Below are positions 16,046 through 31,642 of a stretch of 64,000 nt of DNA, piece after piece (the stretch's first letter is position 1; each line of letters begins with the position of its first letter). The translations under genes and the position numbers were made by a program. The stretch comes from the human T2T-CHM13v2.0 reference genome, Homo sapiens. Under the pieces are notes generated by a model. It was not told the origin of the DNA and did not search any database. It was given only the letters and a program-made list of their open reading frames with translations. Location of the stretch: NCBI RefSeq assembly GCF_009914755.1, contig NC_060933.1. One strand, written 5' to 3'.

Positions 16046-19000
16046 GTGTGTGTGTATTTTCTAAGCATGCTGTGTGCCCCCCAGGGAACTTTCACACTGT
16101 GGTCATGTCACTGAAGCCACATCTGCAATCTGACCCATGCAGGTGGATCTCCTGCTGCTGCGCTTCTGTCTGGGTCTCTGGTGGCTGCAGAAACAATGGC
16201 TACAAGCTGAGCAGATAAAGAATCTCAGAGAGTTCATTCTAAACAAGTGAACAACCTCTTCTTCCTGATCTAAGGCAAAAAGCATTTAACCTTTCATCAT
16301 TTATTTCTTCACAAGTGTGGCATGTCATCATTGCCACTCACTGACCCACACACTCATGGTTCATAGCCTGAGAAATAGTTTGCAAAGGCATATTTACCTT
16401 CATTGAAACCTTAGAAAACATTTATAAAGGCAGTTCAAAAATCAACCTTAAAATATGCCAGAAAAAGACATAGAGAGGTAAGAAGATACTCATGAAATCA
16501 GTCATTGTCTCAAACATGAATAATTTTAGAGAAAGTGGATTGGGTCCTTCTTTCCCTGGTTCTCTTCCTTTTTTCTATTCTCTTCTGTGAGCAATAATCC
16601 TTTTGTCTGGCTTCTTCATTATTTCAAAGGAGAAAGTACAATACGAGCATGCATTCACCTATACTGTCAATTCCAGAAAAAAATAGCAGAGTTAAATATA
16701 AATGGACCTTAGTCATATTTAACCATTGCTCTCCTTGACAATCCAAAGCTTAATAAAGTACATCTCTTTCCACTTAGAAATTAATATATTCATACTCATA
16801 CTATTAACCTACTAAAATAAAAAAGTAGATGGAAATAATATACATGGAGCTAGTCAATATTAAATAGTCTCAGACATATGGTTTGTGACTAATTATTAAA
16901 CATAATATATGAATTCTTCTGGTGGGTTATACAATTTTAATTGGTTGATTAAAGGACCATTCTATTCTTCAAAGGAGATAATCATGCTAAATTTTAAGAA
17001 AAATTACAGTGGAGGTATTCATTTATCTATGTCTTTATAAAAATGTAATATAAAATGTTTATGCAAAGGAAGCCTGTGAGAGAGGGGAGTGTTAAGGGTT
17101 TAATAAGATATTTGGAGTAGTTTATCCCATGACCACACATGTTCTGCTTTACCATCTGCAATCTCATTAGCTGTCCATGAAGATGCTGTGCCGAATGTAG
17201 ACCTGAAATTTAGACCTAAGCACTCACATATATGAAATATACATTGCTAGAGGAACAAATAAACGAAGAAGAAAAACATTTTCTGATTTGTGGCTTCACT
17301 TTTGAACAATAACCAAAAATATTCTACATGCTCAAAGGAAAACAAAACTCATTTTATTCTTATGAGACCAAAGGATTTTATTCTTAGGAGACCAAAAGAA
17401 TTGACAACAGAAGGTGAAATACAATGCAACCAGCCTGGGAAATCTTTCTGCTTGGTTCAGCTGGGCCATGGACAATTTCAAAACGAAGCAATGTGAAAAC
17501 AGCACATTAATGAATGGATAAAGAAACATGGAGAGAAGATACATTACGTTGGCTACCAGAGGTACAAATGCAAAAAGATTCTCCACTTTTGACTAGTAGA
17601 ACTGATGATGGATTTAAAATCAGCTGCACATTGAGGGATTTTTGTTCAAGTGTAACATAAATTGTGTTACAATATGAGGATAAAATATGTTATTTTGGGC
17701 TATGTTTTAGTGCATAAACACTAACAACATTAATGAATGTTATAATAATTTACTTGAAAGATGTTTAATCTATTTGTAAATAGCTCTGTCACCTGCTGAA
17801 TGGCTTTCATATGTTTCAAGTAATATTTAATTTCTAAAGAGTATCCTAGACTTTACTCTGAGGATTTATTATATTAACTCTCTCAAAGAGCCCTTATATT
17901 GTAAAGAGAGTGTTATCTAGAAAACAAACCTCCTGGGTGTCACACATTGCTAGTTATGATATTGCTTAAGGTAAAATGGGAAAATTACAGCCCAAGGCTA
18001 TTTCCCAGTTACCTCTGCTTAGGGACAATAACTGAACAACCCCACAGAAAACACATTAGGGTAGAAGGGGCCTGTTTTCCAGGAATTCCTGCTTCTTCAT
18101 GTTAAGTACCCTCCCAACCAAGTGAAAGCAAAGACTTCTTAGTAGAAAGGCAAATTCAGCAAACTACTTTCCTTTTTTATCTGAGATAAAAATTAAGTGA
18201 GTCTTTGTGTTTTTGTGTATTTATGTTCTCAAGTTTTGCCCTTGTTTATTTTCTGTTCTTTATTAATGAATCAGTAGTTCCATTCTTGAGTTGTTTTGAA
18301 TTATTTCACCTGGAAGGAGACAAATTTAAGAAGTACTAGTAAGTAAGCATGAAAAGGGGACTTAAATGAGTATCAGGAATCAAATGCACTGAGTCCTCGG
18401 GTGAGTATTCAACCCCTGGGGACTGAGAAGTAATCCTTTCCACTGCGTCTATCTTATTTCTCTTGAAGAAAATAAAAATCTAACAAAAGTGCTTAGCTAT
18501 CCAAAATTATCAAATATTGAAAGAATGATTTTTTTTCCACATCAAACAAAATTTAGTTAAATGGTAGTTTCCACATAGGTATAAAATGTTGAGAAGCATT
18601 AGAGATTAACCCTGTGAGGTGGGGGAGATAAAGAAAGGTTTAGTGGTGGTACAATTAGCTGAGGAGTCAAGAGAAATAGAAAACAAAAAATCTTCTATTT
18701 TGCCTTCTTTGGATCATGAATCCATTGTTATGTTTTATTTTTATTAAACAATTATTTCCCATGCTGGAAGTGTGAAAGAGTTGAGCCATCCTAAGGAACT
18801 TAAGGTGTGACAATTTACAGAGAAGAATAGTTGTAACATTGCTCATTTACTCTGAGTATAAACATGAAAAATATTTTTAAAAACTACAGTGAAATAATTT
18901 ATTCCACAGAGAAGTCATGGAGCTCTGTTACACATCATATTGTATACTAATAGCTTTGGGTGGGTGGTCTTCAGTTGATAGCACAGAAATGGAGTACGAA

Positions 19001-19130
19001 TTTGCAGGGAAATGACACCAATTGAATTAGGCTTCAGTTTACCAGCTACTGATTCCTATTAACAGGGCATTTTGATGTGAGTCTCCACTAAGCATGTGAG
19101 TTAGAAAATAGCTCTAAAGACCATCCTTGA

Positions 19131-19643
<513 letters not shown>

Positions 19644-19895
19644 AAAAAAACTGATGCTATTTTCTACACACCTTGCACCTTATGGATGTGCCTACCAGAG
19701 ATCTGGATTATAACCCTACCTTGTCACCATAAAAAATTCATTCCTATTGGACACTGACATGAAAGCCTTCTGTTACGTTTTGTGATTGAGCAGTTTTCTC
19801 TTACAGCTTATTTACAAGGGAAAGAGAAAGGAAACAAGAAATAGTTTCAAAAAAACAGCCAAAATGTCAGTAATCATTAAAATCAACACAATTAA

Positions 19896-20186
<291 letters not shown>

Positions 20187-20494
20187 CAATTAAATACTCT
20201 TTTTAAAAGCCTTGAGGGAACCATGAAAAGATCTCAAAACTCTAAGATATTTTCACATCCTGTCCCCATATTCCAAGGTTAGGAAGATTGAGAAGGTATT
20301 CATTTACTATTAGTTATTTATTTTATTGTTATTTATATTAAAAATCTCAAGGCAAAATATTAGGTGATTATCCCAAAAGATTACATTAAAGCGTATTCCA
20401 TAATTAAATGTACATTTCAAATTTAGAAGTTAGTTTTAAAAGCTCATCAGTTAAGGTCTGGAACATAAAAAACATTTCATAAAATTAAGGTTTC

Positions 20495-20789
<295 letters not shown>

Positions 20790-20982
20790 TTAAGGTTTCA
20801 CTGATCCTCTGTCCCAGCAGTTCTAATCCCAAGAGAATTAAAAAACATAGGTTCACATGAAAACTTATGATAGTTCAAGGCATCTTTATTTCTAACATCT
20901 AAACATCCCAGCTGTCCATCAATAAGAGAATGGGCTAACAAATGGTATACAATGGAACGGTACTCACAATAAAAAGAATCAA

Positions 20983-21273
20983 CTTTTTTTTTGAAGGAGT
21001 CTCACTCTGTTGCCCAAGCTGAAGTGCAAGTGGTGAGATCTCGGCTCACTGCAAGCTCTGCCTCGAGGTTCAAGCGATTCTCCTGCCTCAGCCTCCAGAG
21101 TAGCTGGGATTACAGGTGCCTGCCACCACACCCAGCTAATTTTTGTATTTTTAGTAGAGACGGGGTTTCACCATGTTGGCCAGGATGGTCTCAAACTGCT
21201 GACCTCAAGTGATCCACGTGCCTGGGCCTCCCAAAGTGCTGGGATTATAGGCGTGAAGCCACTGTGCCTGGCC
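20983..21273 (-). mobile_element. AluS
   Basis: TSD aagaatcaactt; lies within an old L1 3' fragment. Confidence 0.95.
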
Positions 21274-21680
21274 AAGAATCAACTTACTGATAAACACAAC
21301 AAGACAGCTGAATCGCAAATAATAGTATACTGAGGGAAAGAAGCTTTTAACAAATGCCTACCTGCCTGCCCTCCTTCCTTTTCTTCTTTTATGTTTTTAA
21401 CCTGGCTTAATTTTCTTGGCTTCATTATTTTAAGCAATTTTTGCAGTGTTGAAAAATTTGCAAGTAAGTTTTCAGAAACAGTTAACTTCAAAATCCTATA
21501 CATGCTATACATGAAGACAGTAAAAACATGGATGGAAAGAAATAATCAGTTTATTTACATTTTCTGTTTATATGATAAGTAGTAATTTAGCTGAGGTTGA
21601 CAATTCATTTAAATGAGATAAAAGTCATTTACATTGTCTCTGTGGCTGTTTTCACGATACAAAGGGATGCAAAGGTAGGG

Positions 21681-22166
21681 TGTTACTGAGCAAACAATGG
21701 GCTTGCTGCCTAATGTACATGGAGGCCAAGACCATGGCACTGGCTTTTGAGGAAAAAAAAGCTTCATTGCAAGTGGACTGGTAAGGAGACAGGAGGAAGT
21801 GCTCCAATATATCACCCCCAGCTGGCGTTTGGGTCGGGTTTTATAAGCATAGGGTAATGAGGTGTGATCTGATTGAATTCTGCAATGAGATGATGCCAGG
21901 AGTCATGATCTGATTCGATCCCACAATGGGCTGATGCCAGAGCTCAATTTGATTGGATCCTGGATCCTTCCATACTGCGTCTGCTTCTTAAGTCAGTCCC
22001 TGCTCCTTGGTCTTCTCCTTGGTCTGGGCACTTCTGTTCCCCTTGTGGTTGCATACTTGGTTCATCTGGGCATGCTCAGTTTACATGACCTTCAGCCTGA
22101 GGGCTCAGACCAACTCATAACTTTGTTGGATTAAAGTTTAGCCAGATTTGTCTGGCGCTGTTGCAG
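21681..22166 (-). mobile_element. ERV1-type solo LTR inserted in a MER58-like MITE
   Basis: tgttactgag...ctgttgca termini; repeated gatctgattg; flanks read as MER58 (ggctgttttc..., gcagttgtgacagagac). Confidence 0.6.
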
Positions 22167-22217
22167 GTAGAGCAGTTGTGACAGAGACTATGTTGCCCTC
22201 AAAGCTGAACATATTTA

Positions 22218-22724
22218 CAGTGGTGCACCCTTATCCACAGGGGATTCCTTCCAAGATCCTCAGTGGATACCTGAAATCTTCAGTAGTACAGGACACTATA
22301 CATATTGTGTTTCCTTTACATATATACTTATAATAAAGTTTATAAATTAGGCACGGTAAGAGATTAACAACGATAGCTACTAATAACATAGAACAATTCT
22401 AACAATAAGCCAGCATCACTATTCTTGTGCTTTGGTGCCATTATTAAGTAAAATGAGGGCTCCTTAAACACAGCATTGTGATACCTCAACAGTCAATCTG
22501 ATAACTCAGAAGGCTACTAAGTGACTAATGGGCAGGTAGCGTATAAGGCATGGATATGCTAGACAAAGTGGTGATTCGTGTTCTAGGAGGGACACTACTC
22601 AAAACAGCGTATAATCTAAACGTATACATTATTTCTAGAATTTTCCATTTAATATTTCCAGACCACAGTTGACCACATTTAACTGAAACCACAGAAAGTG
22701 AAACCATGGATAAGGGGAACTACT
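22218..22724 (-). mobile_element. MER44/Tigger-type TcMar DNA transposon
   Basis: Terminal inverted repeats cagtggtgcacccttatccac ... atggataaggggaactact. Confidence 0.8.
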
Positions 22725-23221
22725 CTATACCATATCATCTGTCACCTTACAGAAACTGTTCACTGATCCCTTTTGTAGACTAAAGAGTCATAAAGATTTC
22801 TCACTATGTGAGATAGAATAATTTTTAAAAGCGTAAGTTCCAGTTTACACTTTTAAGTTCCAAGTTCCCTCTATGACTGATCATCTGACTTTGCATGAGT
22901 CACATAAGCTGAGTCCAGCTGTCCCCAGCCACTGAGATACAGATACTAACAAGCACCTCTAGTCAGTTCTCAATCTGTCAAGTGTGCAGTGAGCATCTAA
23001 GGTCAAGAATACATTTCAATGATCACAGCAGCTGGTGCTGAGAATACCATCAAAATATAAATAATGGCCTTGGCAATGTAACTGAGAAGACTAGTATATT
23101 TGAAACATGGGAGGCAAACTCAAGACAGAATATAAATACATTTAATTACTAAGTCAAGGAGTAAGTTTTGGTATATCCATACAGTGGAATATTTTAGCAG
23201 GCATTAAAAATGATATCTTTC

Positions 23222-23540
<319 letters not shown>

Positions 23541-23629
23541 TTATGATGGTTTGGTTTTAATTGAGATACATAAATACTTCAATTTCTGTAATGGCTGTGA
23601 GATGTTCCTGTTTTAACTCCCTTCTTGGG

Positions 23630-24750
23630 AAACTATTTCTGTTTGCAGATGACATAATCCTATATCTAGAAAATGCCATCATCTCAGCCCAAAAGCTTCT
23701 TAAGCTGACAAGCAACTTCAGCGAAGTCTCAGGATACAAAATCGATGTGCAAAAATTACTAGCATTCCTATACACCAACAACAGGCAAGCCAAGAGCCAA
23801 ATCACAAATGAACTCCCATTCACAATTGCCACAAAAGAATAAAATACATAAGAATACAGCTAATCAGGGAGCTGAAAGACCTCTACAAAGAGAGCTACAA
23901 AACATTGCTCAAAGAAATCAGAGATGACACCAAAAAATGAAAAAACATTTCATGCCCATGGATAAGAAAAAAACAATATCATGAAAATGGCCGTACTGCC
24001 TAAAACAATTTATAGATTCAATGCTATTCCCATTAAACTATCATTGATATTCTTCAGAGAATTAAAAAAACTATTTTAAAATTCACATAGAACCAAAAAA
24101 AAAAAAAAAAGCCCAAATAGCCACAACAATCCTGAGCAAAAAACACAAAGCTGGAGGCATCACACTACCTGACTTCAAACTATACTATAAGGCTACAGTA
24201 ACCAAAACAGCATGGTACTGGTACAAGAACAGACACATAGACCAAGGGAACAGAAACGATAACCCAGAACTAAGACCACAGACTTATAGCCATCTAATCT
24301 TCAAGAAACCTGACAAAAACAAGCAATGGGGAAAGGATTCCCTATTTAATAAATGGTGCTGGGAGAACTCTGGCTAGCCATATGCAGAAAATGGACCATA
24401 TAGAAAAATCAACACAAGATGGGTTAAAGACTTAAATGTATAACCCAAAATTATAAAAAACCTAAAAGAAAACCTAGTCAATACCATTCAGGACACAGGT
24501 ATGGGCAAATATTTCATGATGAAGATGCCAAAAGCAATGCAACAAAAGCAAAAATTGACAAATGGGATCTAATTAAACTAGAGAGCTTCTCTATAGCAAA
24601 AGAAACTGTCATCAGAGTGAAAAGACAAGCTACAGAATGGGAGAAAAATTTTGCAATCTATCCATCTGACAAAGGTCTAATATCCAGCATCTACAGGGAA
24701 CTTAAACAAATTTACAAGAAAAAAACAAATAACCCCATTAAAAGGTGGAC
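23630..24750 (+). mobile_element. L1PA/PB ORF2 internal fragment
   Basis: Translates [12 protein letters not shown]...SGYKIDVQK (L1 RT core); no 3' UTR or poly(A). Confidence 0.95.
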
Positions 24751-26087
24751 ATTCTTTTCACTCTAGGAATCTCTGATTTGTCTCTGGCACTTTCAAGAAT
24801 TTGTATATTTCTTTGTCATCTGATGTTTCATTAAAATGTATCAAGGTGTTGGAGATTTTTTTTTCATACTGCTTGTAGATTTTTTTGCTTTCCTTCCTAA
24901 ATTCATGTTCTTAGCCTATTGTGACTCAGCTATATGCAAGAAGTCTGGCTCAGCCTTCCCAACATTTTATGTGTCCAAGGCCTACTTTTACTTTCCCCTG
25001 AGTAGTTGTTAATACCCCAAACTCTGGGTAACCCAGGTCAGTTTCTGTTCCCCAGGCAACTGTAGCTCCTGTACTGCTTTTATCTATTTCTGGATTGCCA
25101 TCAGGGCTTCCTTGAGAGCTTCACATTTACTTAAAAGTAGACTTGATATAATTTTCTGATATTTTGTAGCGCTACAAGGCTTTTTAGGAAACCCAGTTTG
25201 GCCAATTGACAGAAATGGAAGTCCAACTTGGGTGGGATAACTATTATTGTCAATCACTTTATATAGAATGAAACAGTGGTGCAGAGACATGACTTTGAAT
25301 TATGCAAGGTCAAAGTGCCAACATACTTCAGATGTGGAACTTAAAGTCAACAAATCTGAAACCAACGTTAATGTGTTCCTCAATACTTCAGTGAATACAA
25401 TTACTGATAGCAAGGTGAGTAACCTAAAGCAAAAACAAGGTACTACTTTACTCCTTGTGTTTAGTCCTATTCCATAACATAGTTTGTGTTCTTGGAACTA
25501 TAAACTTCGTCTTTTTAACTACTTGCCACATGGTAAAACTGACAATCATGGAATATGTCATGTTATCCTGTGACTTAGAATGTCTGGTGGGGCATCACTC
25601 CACTCTTCTGGAGAGAACATGTATGACAGTTTGAAACATTCAAAATGTGCTGTTCTTTGCAGTCAGGAAAGAACTTCAGGGCAGGACAGAAAGAAATCAG
25701 TCACAACATTTCAGATATTGGTGTTAGAAGGAGTTATTTAGGGAGTTATTTAAAGATAAGACATACTTCCTGGCTCTGTTGAAATCACATCGTGTAAGAA
25801 GCTGCCTATTTCATTAATACATAAAGCCAGCCTTCCTTTACAAGTAGAGGCTACATTATCCCTGATTATACTTTATTTTTAAAAAGTGAACTTGAGGAGA
25901 GAGACTCAGGCCTGTATCATACACTTTCCTTAGTTTTTGTTTTGTCAGAAGCATATTATTAACAAGTAGTCTCTTTCAAAAAGACAAGATACAAACGAGT
26001 AGAAAAAAATCCATTCTCTTATCTCATGATGGTTAGATTATTTAAGAGTTGAAGTGATTGCTATGTCATTTGCATAAATTCAAGGAC

Positions 26088-26393
26088 TTTTATTTATTTA
26101 TTTATTCATTTTTGAGATGGAGTCTCGCTCTGTCACCTAGGCTGGAGTGCAGTGGCGCAATCTCGGCTCACTGCAAGCTCTGCCTACCGGGCTCACGCCA
26201 TTCTCCTGCCTCAGCCTCCTGAGTAGTGGGACTACAGGTGCCCGCCACCACACCTGGCCAATTTTTTGTATTTTCAGTAGAGACGGAGTTTCATCCTGTT
26301 AGCCAGGATGGTCTCGATCTCCTGACCTCGTGATCCGCTCACCTCAGCCTCCCAAAGTGCTGGGATTACAGGCGTGAGCCACCACGCTTGGCC
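26088..26393 (-). mobile_element. AluY-like
   Basis: TSD aaattc(a/g)aggactttt. Confidence 0.95.
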
Positions 26394-27813
26394 AAATTCG
26401 AGGACTTTTCTCTCTCAATTGCTTACAATTAAAAATTTTGTAGTAGCAAATGCTCACAGATTTGGGGCTTTCAGAAATGTCTTTTCAAACTAAAAACTTT
26501 TAAAATAAATAATATTGCAGATATTTAAAATAATAATATTTCTAGATGGCAGAGGAAATACAAACTCCCAGTTAATCATACCAAATATATTCTATGTTCT
26601 TTAACTTCTGGTAGAAAAAAAATCAGATTTATACTTTATATCTTCCTGTATTTTAGAAAATAGCAGACAATGAGAGAAGATCATTCTCTAATGAGATATT
26701 TGGGATCCAACACAGAATAAATGTCTGTATCTTAATTTTAAATTTTTACTATATAATTATTGATATCTTTTCCTAAAAGGGGAAATCCCTTACTCTAATT
26801 TTGAGATTGATATTTAGAATAATTGCTAAACTAAATAGTAGACTTGAAAAAGCTTTGCTCATAAAATTCTTAGATTTATTTTATTTTACAGAAGTGATAA
26901 TGGTAATTAACAAAAATTCTTAAGTGTAATAAATTCATTTTGGTAGATTTTGGTATGTAAATGAGAAAACAGTCTTCTAACTACAACAAATTATTTAGCT
27001 TAAATAGTCTGTCATATAAAATTTGGTGAAAAACTAAAAAAACTAACAAAAAACTGAGCCTATTCAAATTATATGTAAAGTTTGTGCACAGTATATAAAA
27101 CTAAGTTAAGTAGGCTTACAAAATAACACTTCATATAGTATTTTGGGGAAACTCTTTCTCCAAGAGGAGAAAAAATAGCCAAATAGGAAAGAGAGTGCAA
27201 GGTTTTAATCAAGTGTGTCTCTTCCCTTGGCTTGTGTGGGAAGATTGTAGATGGGAATACTAGGATCAGATTTAGAACACTGATCTGATGTCAATGACCT
27301 AAGTCAGCATAGCCAGCAAGGTAATATTTCCAGATAAAGAGAGAAAAAATATTCTCCTAGATAAGAAAAAACAACAGGGTGCTCTCAAAACCAGCACTGT
27401 AATCACCACTGAGCTAATTAGTAGGACATTTAAGGCCAAGGCACCATGGAAAGGCCAGAAAGAGACAAAAGTCAATAAAAATGGTCACTGACGACAGAGT
27501 CACAGCGCCTGGCTGACAGATGGTGCTGAAAATCCCTGAGAGATGAGGACGACTTCAGATAAGAGCGGTCCAGGGAAGATACTCAGTCATTGACAAAGCA
27601 CAATGGGAAGGGTCAGTAAAAAGATCAATAACAGAAGGAAACAGCTGCCACATTCATCATTCTTAACGTCAAGGTTGACATTGGATAAATGGAGTTGGCC
27701 TTTTTTTTTTCTTTTTTTTTTTTTTACAATAGTTTAGTGCAGAAACCTCTAAAAGGAGCTTGTACATGAAGAACTGAAGTGAGAAGCCTAGCCATTTGTA
27801 TACCTTTTAGTAA

Positions 27814-28286
27814 TAGAGACTGAATATTAAAACAGACAGTGGCCAAACCACGTACGACAATGGAACTCTGACCCACAACCACTGCAGCAACCAGCTTGGG
27901 AAGGCAAACCACAATCTCTGCAGCAGCCAGTTCAGGAATGCAAGCCACAAATTCAGTAGCAATTTGCCGAAAACAATCAGAGGTTGTTCAATGACTGCCA
28001 ACTTCTCTAAGATTGCCCCTGCTTCTAGTTTAGTAATAATTAAAGAAAGCCAAATACTCTCTCCAAACCTATCCCATCAGATGCCTTGCTTCTCTTTAGC
28101 CTACCTGCGCCTCTCCATGCCCATAGCCACCTACCCCAAAGCCTTGCCCCTTTTCACTATAAAGCTTTCCCATTCTCCCAGCCTGAGTCTCTGTCAAACA
28201 TAAATGATAGCGACTGCCTCCCTTTCTCTAGCAAGCAAGAAATAAATAGCTTCTGTTCTCATTAAGTTGTCTCCTTTATTTCTGTA
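27814..28286 (+). mobile_element. 5' LTR of the provirus
   Basis: Shares aatatt..., cacaatctctg, aatgactg, taaagctttccca, ctgttctcat and cctttatttct blocks with the 3' LTR. Confidence 0.8.
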
Positions 28287-28287
28287 A

Positions 28288-28760
<473 letters not shown>

Positions 28761-29829
28761 TGAGAGAACAGAATTGGGCTTCAACTCTGTTCTCTTTGTA
28801 TTGAGATCCTTGGTTATTGACTCTCAGCTTGGTACTCAGCTTTTGCTACCAATTCCCATTTGTTTGGCACCTTTGGAAAAATACTGCCATTTCTTTTCAT
28901 TCCTTTTTGTTCTCTTTTGTGCTTCTGTTTTATGAGATATGTCTAAAGTGTTGTCTGTTATCAGAAGGAGAATCAGTGCAGAACACAGGCATTGCTCCTC
29001 TAAGAGTGTCTCAGCTTGCTCCACAACTGATGAGCTGCAATTCTTACCAAACCAGCATCCATCTGGACAAACTTTCCTAAACTTTCCTGTCAGTCACCAA
29101 TAAAATGGGATAAGGTTCTTCATCTTTTTTTTTTTTTTTTTTTGGCCCTGAGAGGTTGGATTTGATGCAGAGGGAATATTCTGGTTTTCCATTTGCCTGT
29201 GGGCACAAGTTGTCAAGTCTGCATTTGGAGGTTGCCAACTATCAGGTTGGGGGCCTAAGACATAAAGTGCACAAATATTACTTTCAACTGACCATTGCCA
29301 GCTCCCATGGAATTTTCTGGGTGTACATCCTCTTTTCCTTTTTTTCCTCCAGGAAAATCTCCCATTTCTTATATGTACCCTTGCTACGATCCTAGCACTT
29401 GCACCCATCTCTATACCAAAGATAATTTAGGCCTTCAGTGGCTAATCTGGAGAACACTGGACTTGAACAAAATTGTTCATTTGAAAAACACCTTAGAAAA
29501 GAGAGAATATTTCTCAGGGGCAATGGGCAGCAGTTTTTGATTGGTACACAAGTTTTCAAATGAAATTCTGATTCAGACATTACTCCGCTAAAATATTTTT
29601 TGGCCAGAGCTAATGAACAGTATGACAAACTTAACAACAAACTAACTCATTTGCCCAGCAAATCTTCCCCCGGCTTCTCCTCCAGTTGACTTCAGCTCTG
29701 CAACTCTTCCTCATCCCCCGATCCTCCTTTCACACCTCATTGACTCCTCCCTCTTCTTCCAGACCCCCTACCTTCTCCCAGTGACTCTCCTAAGATCCCG
29801 GAATGTCATTTACCTCTAAAGTTCCATCT

Positions 29830-30545
29830 CTTCAATGACCCAAATACGCAAGCAGCAGTAGAATTTAAACCTTGAACACGAGCTGAATTAAAAGCTATGA
29901 CTAAGCATTTCCCAAAGGAGTTCAGAATTCTAAATTCTTTTAGTTGTACACAACTCAGGGTTACCTGAACTATATCAACTTGTATTTATGTTTGTAGATC
30001 CTCAGACATTAAATCCTGATGGCAAAAGCCAGTTGGATTCACCAGGACAGAGATCTACAGCATCTTTCTTTCCACAATAAGCCTGAGGGCCAAAAGGAGG
30101 CTCAAAAAGTAGGGCAATGTATCCTAAAAGCCTTACTTGAAACATTTCTAGTAAAAATAAAATGGACCACAATTTAATCATGTAAATAAAGAAAAGAAGA
30201 AATTATAGGAGATTTTCAGAATAAACTAGAAAACCCCTTTCAACAACATTTGAGTGTTAAAGAAGTGTAAGTGTAATAATGGCTCTTTTACCTACTTTGT
30301 TAATGGAATTAAACCTGAAATTGGAGACAATAATTAGATCAAAATTAGAATGGGAAATAGCCACTTTACCTGAACTTCAACACCTGGCTGACATTTTTGC
30401 AGAGCCCTAGGACAATAACAAGACAGGATCCAGAATAACCTTACGGCCCTGCAGATCAAACAGTTGAGTGGACGACCCATAGAAGAGGACACCTGCAGAT
30501 ATTGAAAACAGAAGGGACACCTGAAAAATGATTTTCCAGTAAAAA
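29830..30545 (+). pseudogene. ERV gag remnant (capsid and zinc knuckle)
   Basis: EFKP*TRAELKAM, FVNGIKPEI, KLEWEIATLPELQHLA, CRY*KQKGHLKNDF (30494-30535); many stops. Confidence 0.8.
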
Positions 30546-30683
30546 TAAGACCAAAAGACCCCTTAATTTAGATCAATGAAGGTACCCAATATCCTGATTT
30601 AAAATTTAACATTCAAGGTGAATTAACCATAAATATAGGTGGCCAACCTCAGCAATTCCTGGCAATATGGGCGCTACTCTTTC

Positions 30684-31002
30684 TTTTCTTTCTTTCTTTT
30701 TTTGTTTTGAGATGGAGTCTTAGTCTGTCACTGAGGCTGCAGTGCATTGGCACAATCTCGGTTCACTGCAACCGCTTCCTGGGTTCAAGTGATTCTCCTG
30801 CCTCAGCCTCCTGAGTAACTGGGACTACAGGCATGCACCATGATACCCTGCTTTTTTTTTTTTTTTTTTTTTTTGTATTTTTAGTAGAGATGGGGTTTTG
30901 CCATGTTGGTCAGGCTGCTCTAGAACTCCTGACCTCAGGTGATCTGCCTGCCTTGGCCCCCCAAAGTGCTGGGATTACAGGTGTGAGCCACCATGCCCAG
31001 CC
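30684..31002 (-). mobile_element. AluS in the ERV protease
   Basis: TSD about gc(g/a)cta(a)ctctttct. Confidence 0.95.
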
Positions 31003-31217
31003 AGGCACTAACTCTTTCTACATTAAACCCTGGCAATTTTGCTCAACATTTTCCTCATAGGAAGCAAGTAGCAGGTATCTCAAATAACCCACAGATTCCG
31101 TCTATCTCCTACTGTAACTACAACCTTTGGGTACTTGACTTAAAAACATTTCTCCCTGCTCTATTATAACACTCTTGCAAATTTAATGGGGAGTAACTTA
31201 ATTTTCAAATAGAATTA

Positions 31218-31642
<425 letters not shown>

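Noticed and set aside
16137-16250. 37-aa ORF resembling a signal peptide (MQVDLLLLRFCLGLWW...)
   Set aside because: Short, weak donor, no recognisable homology; compatible with chance
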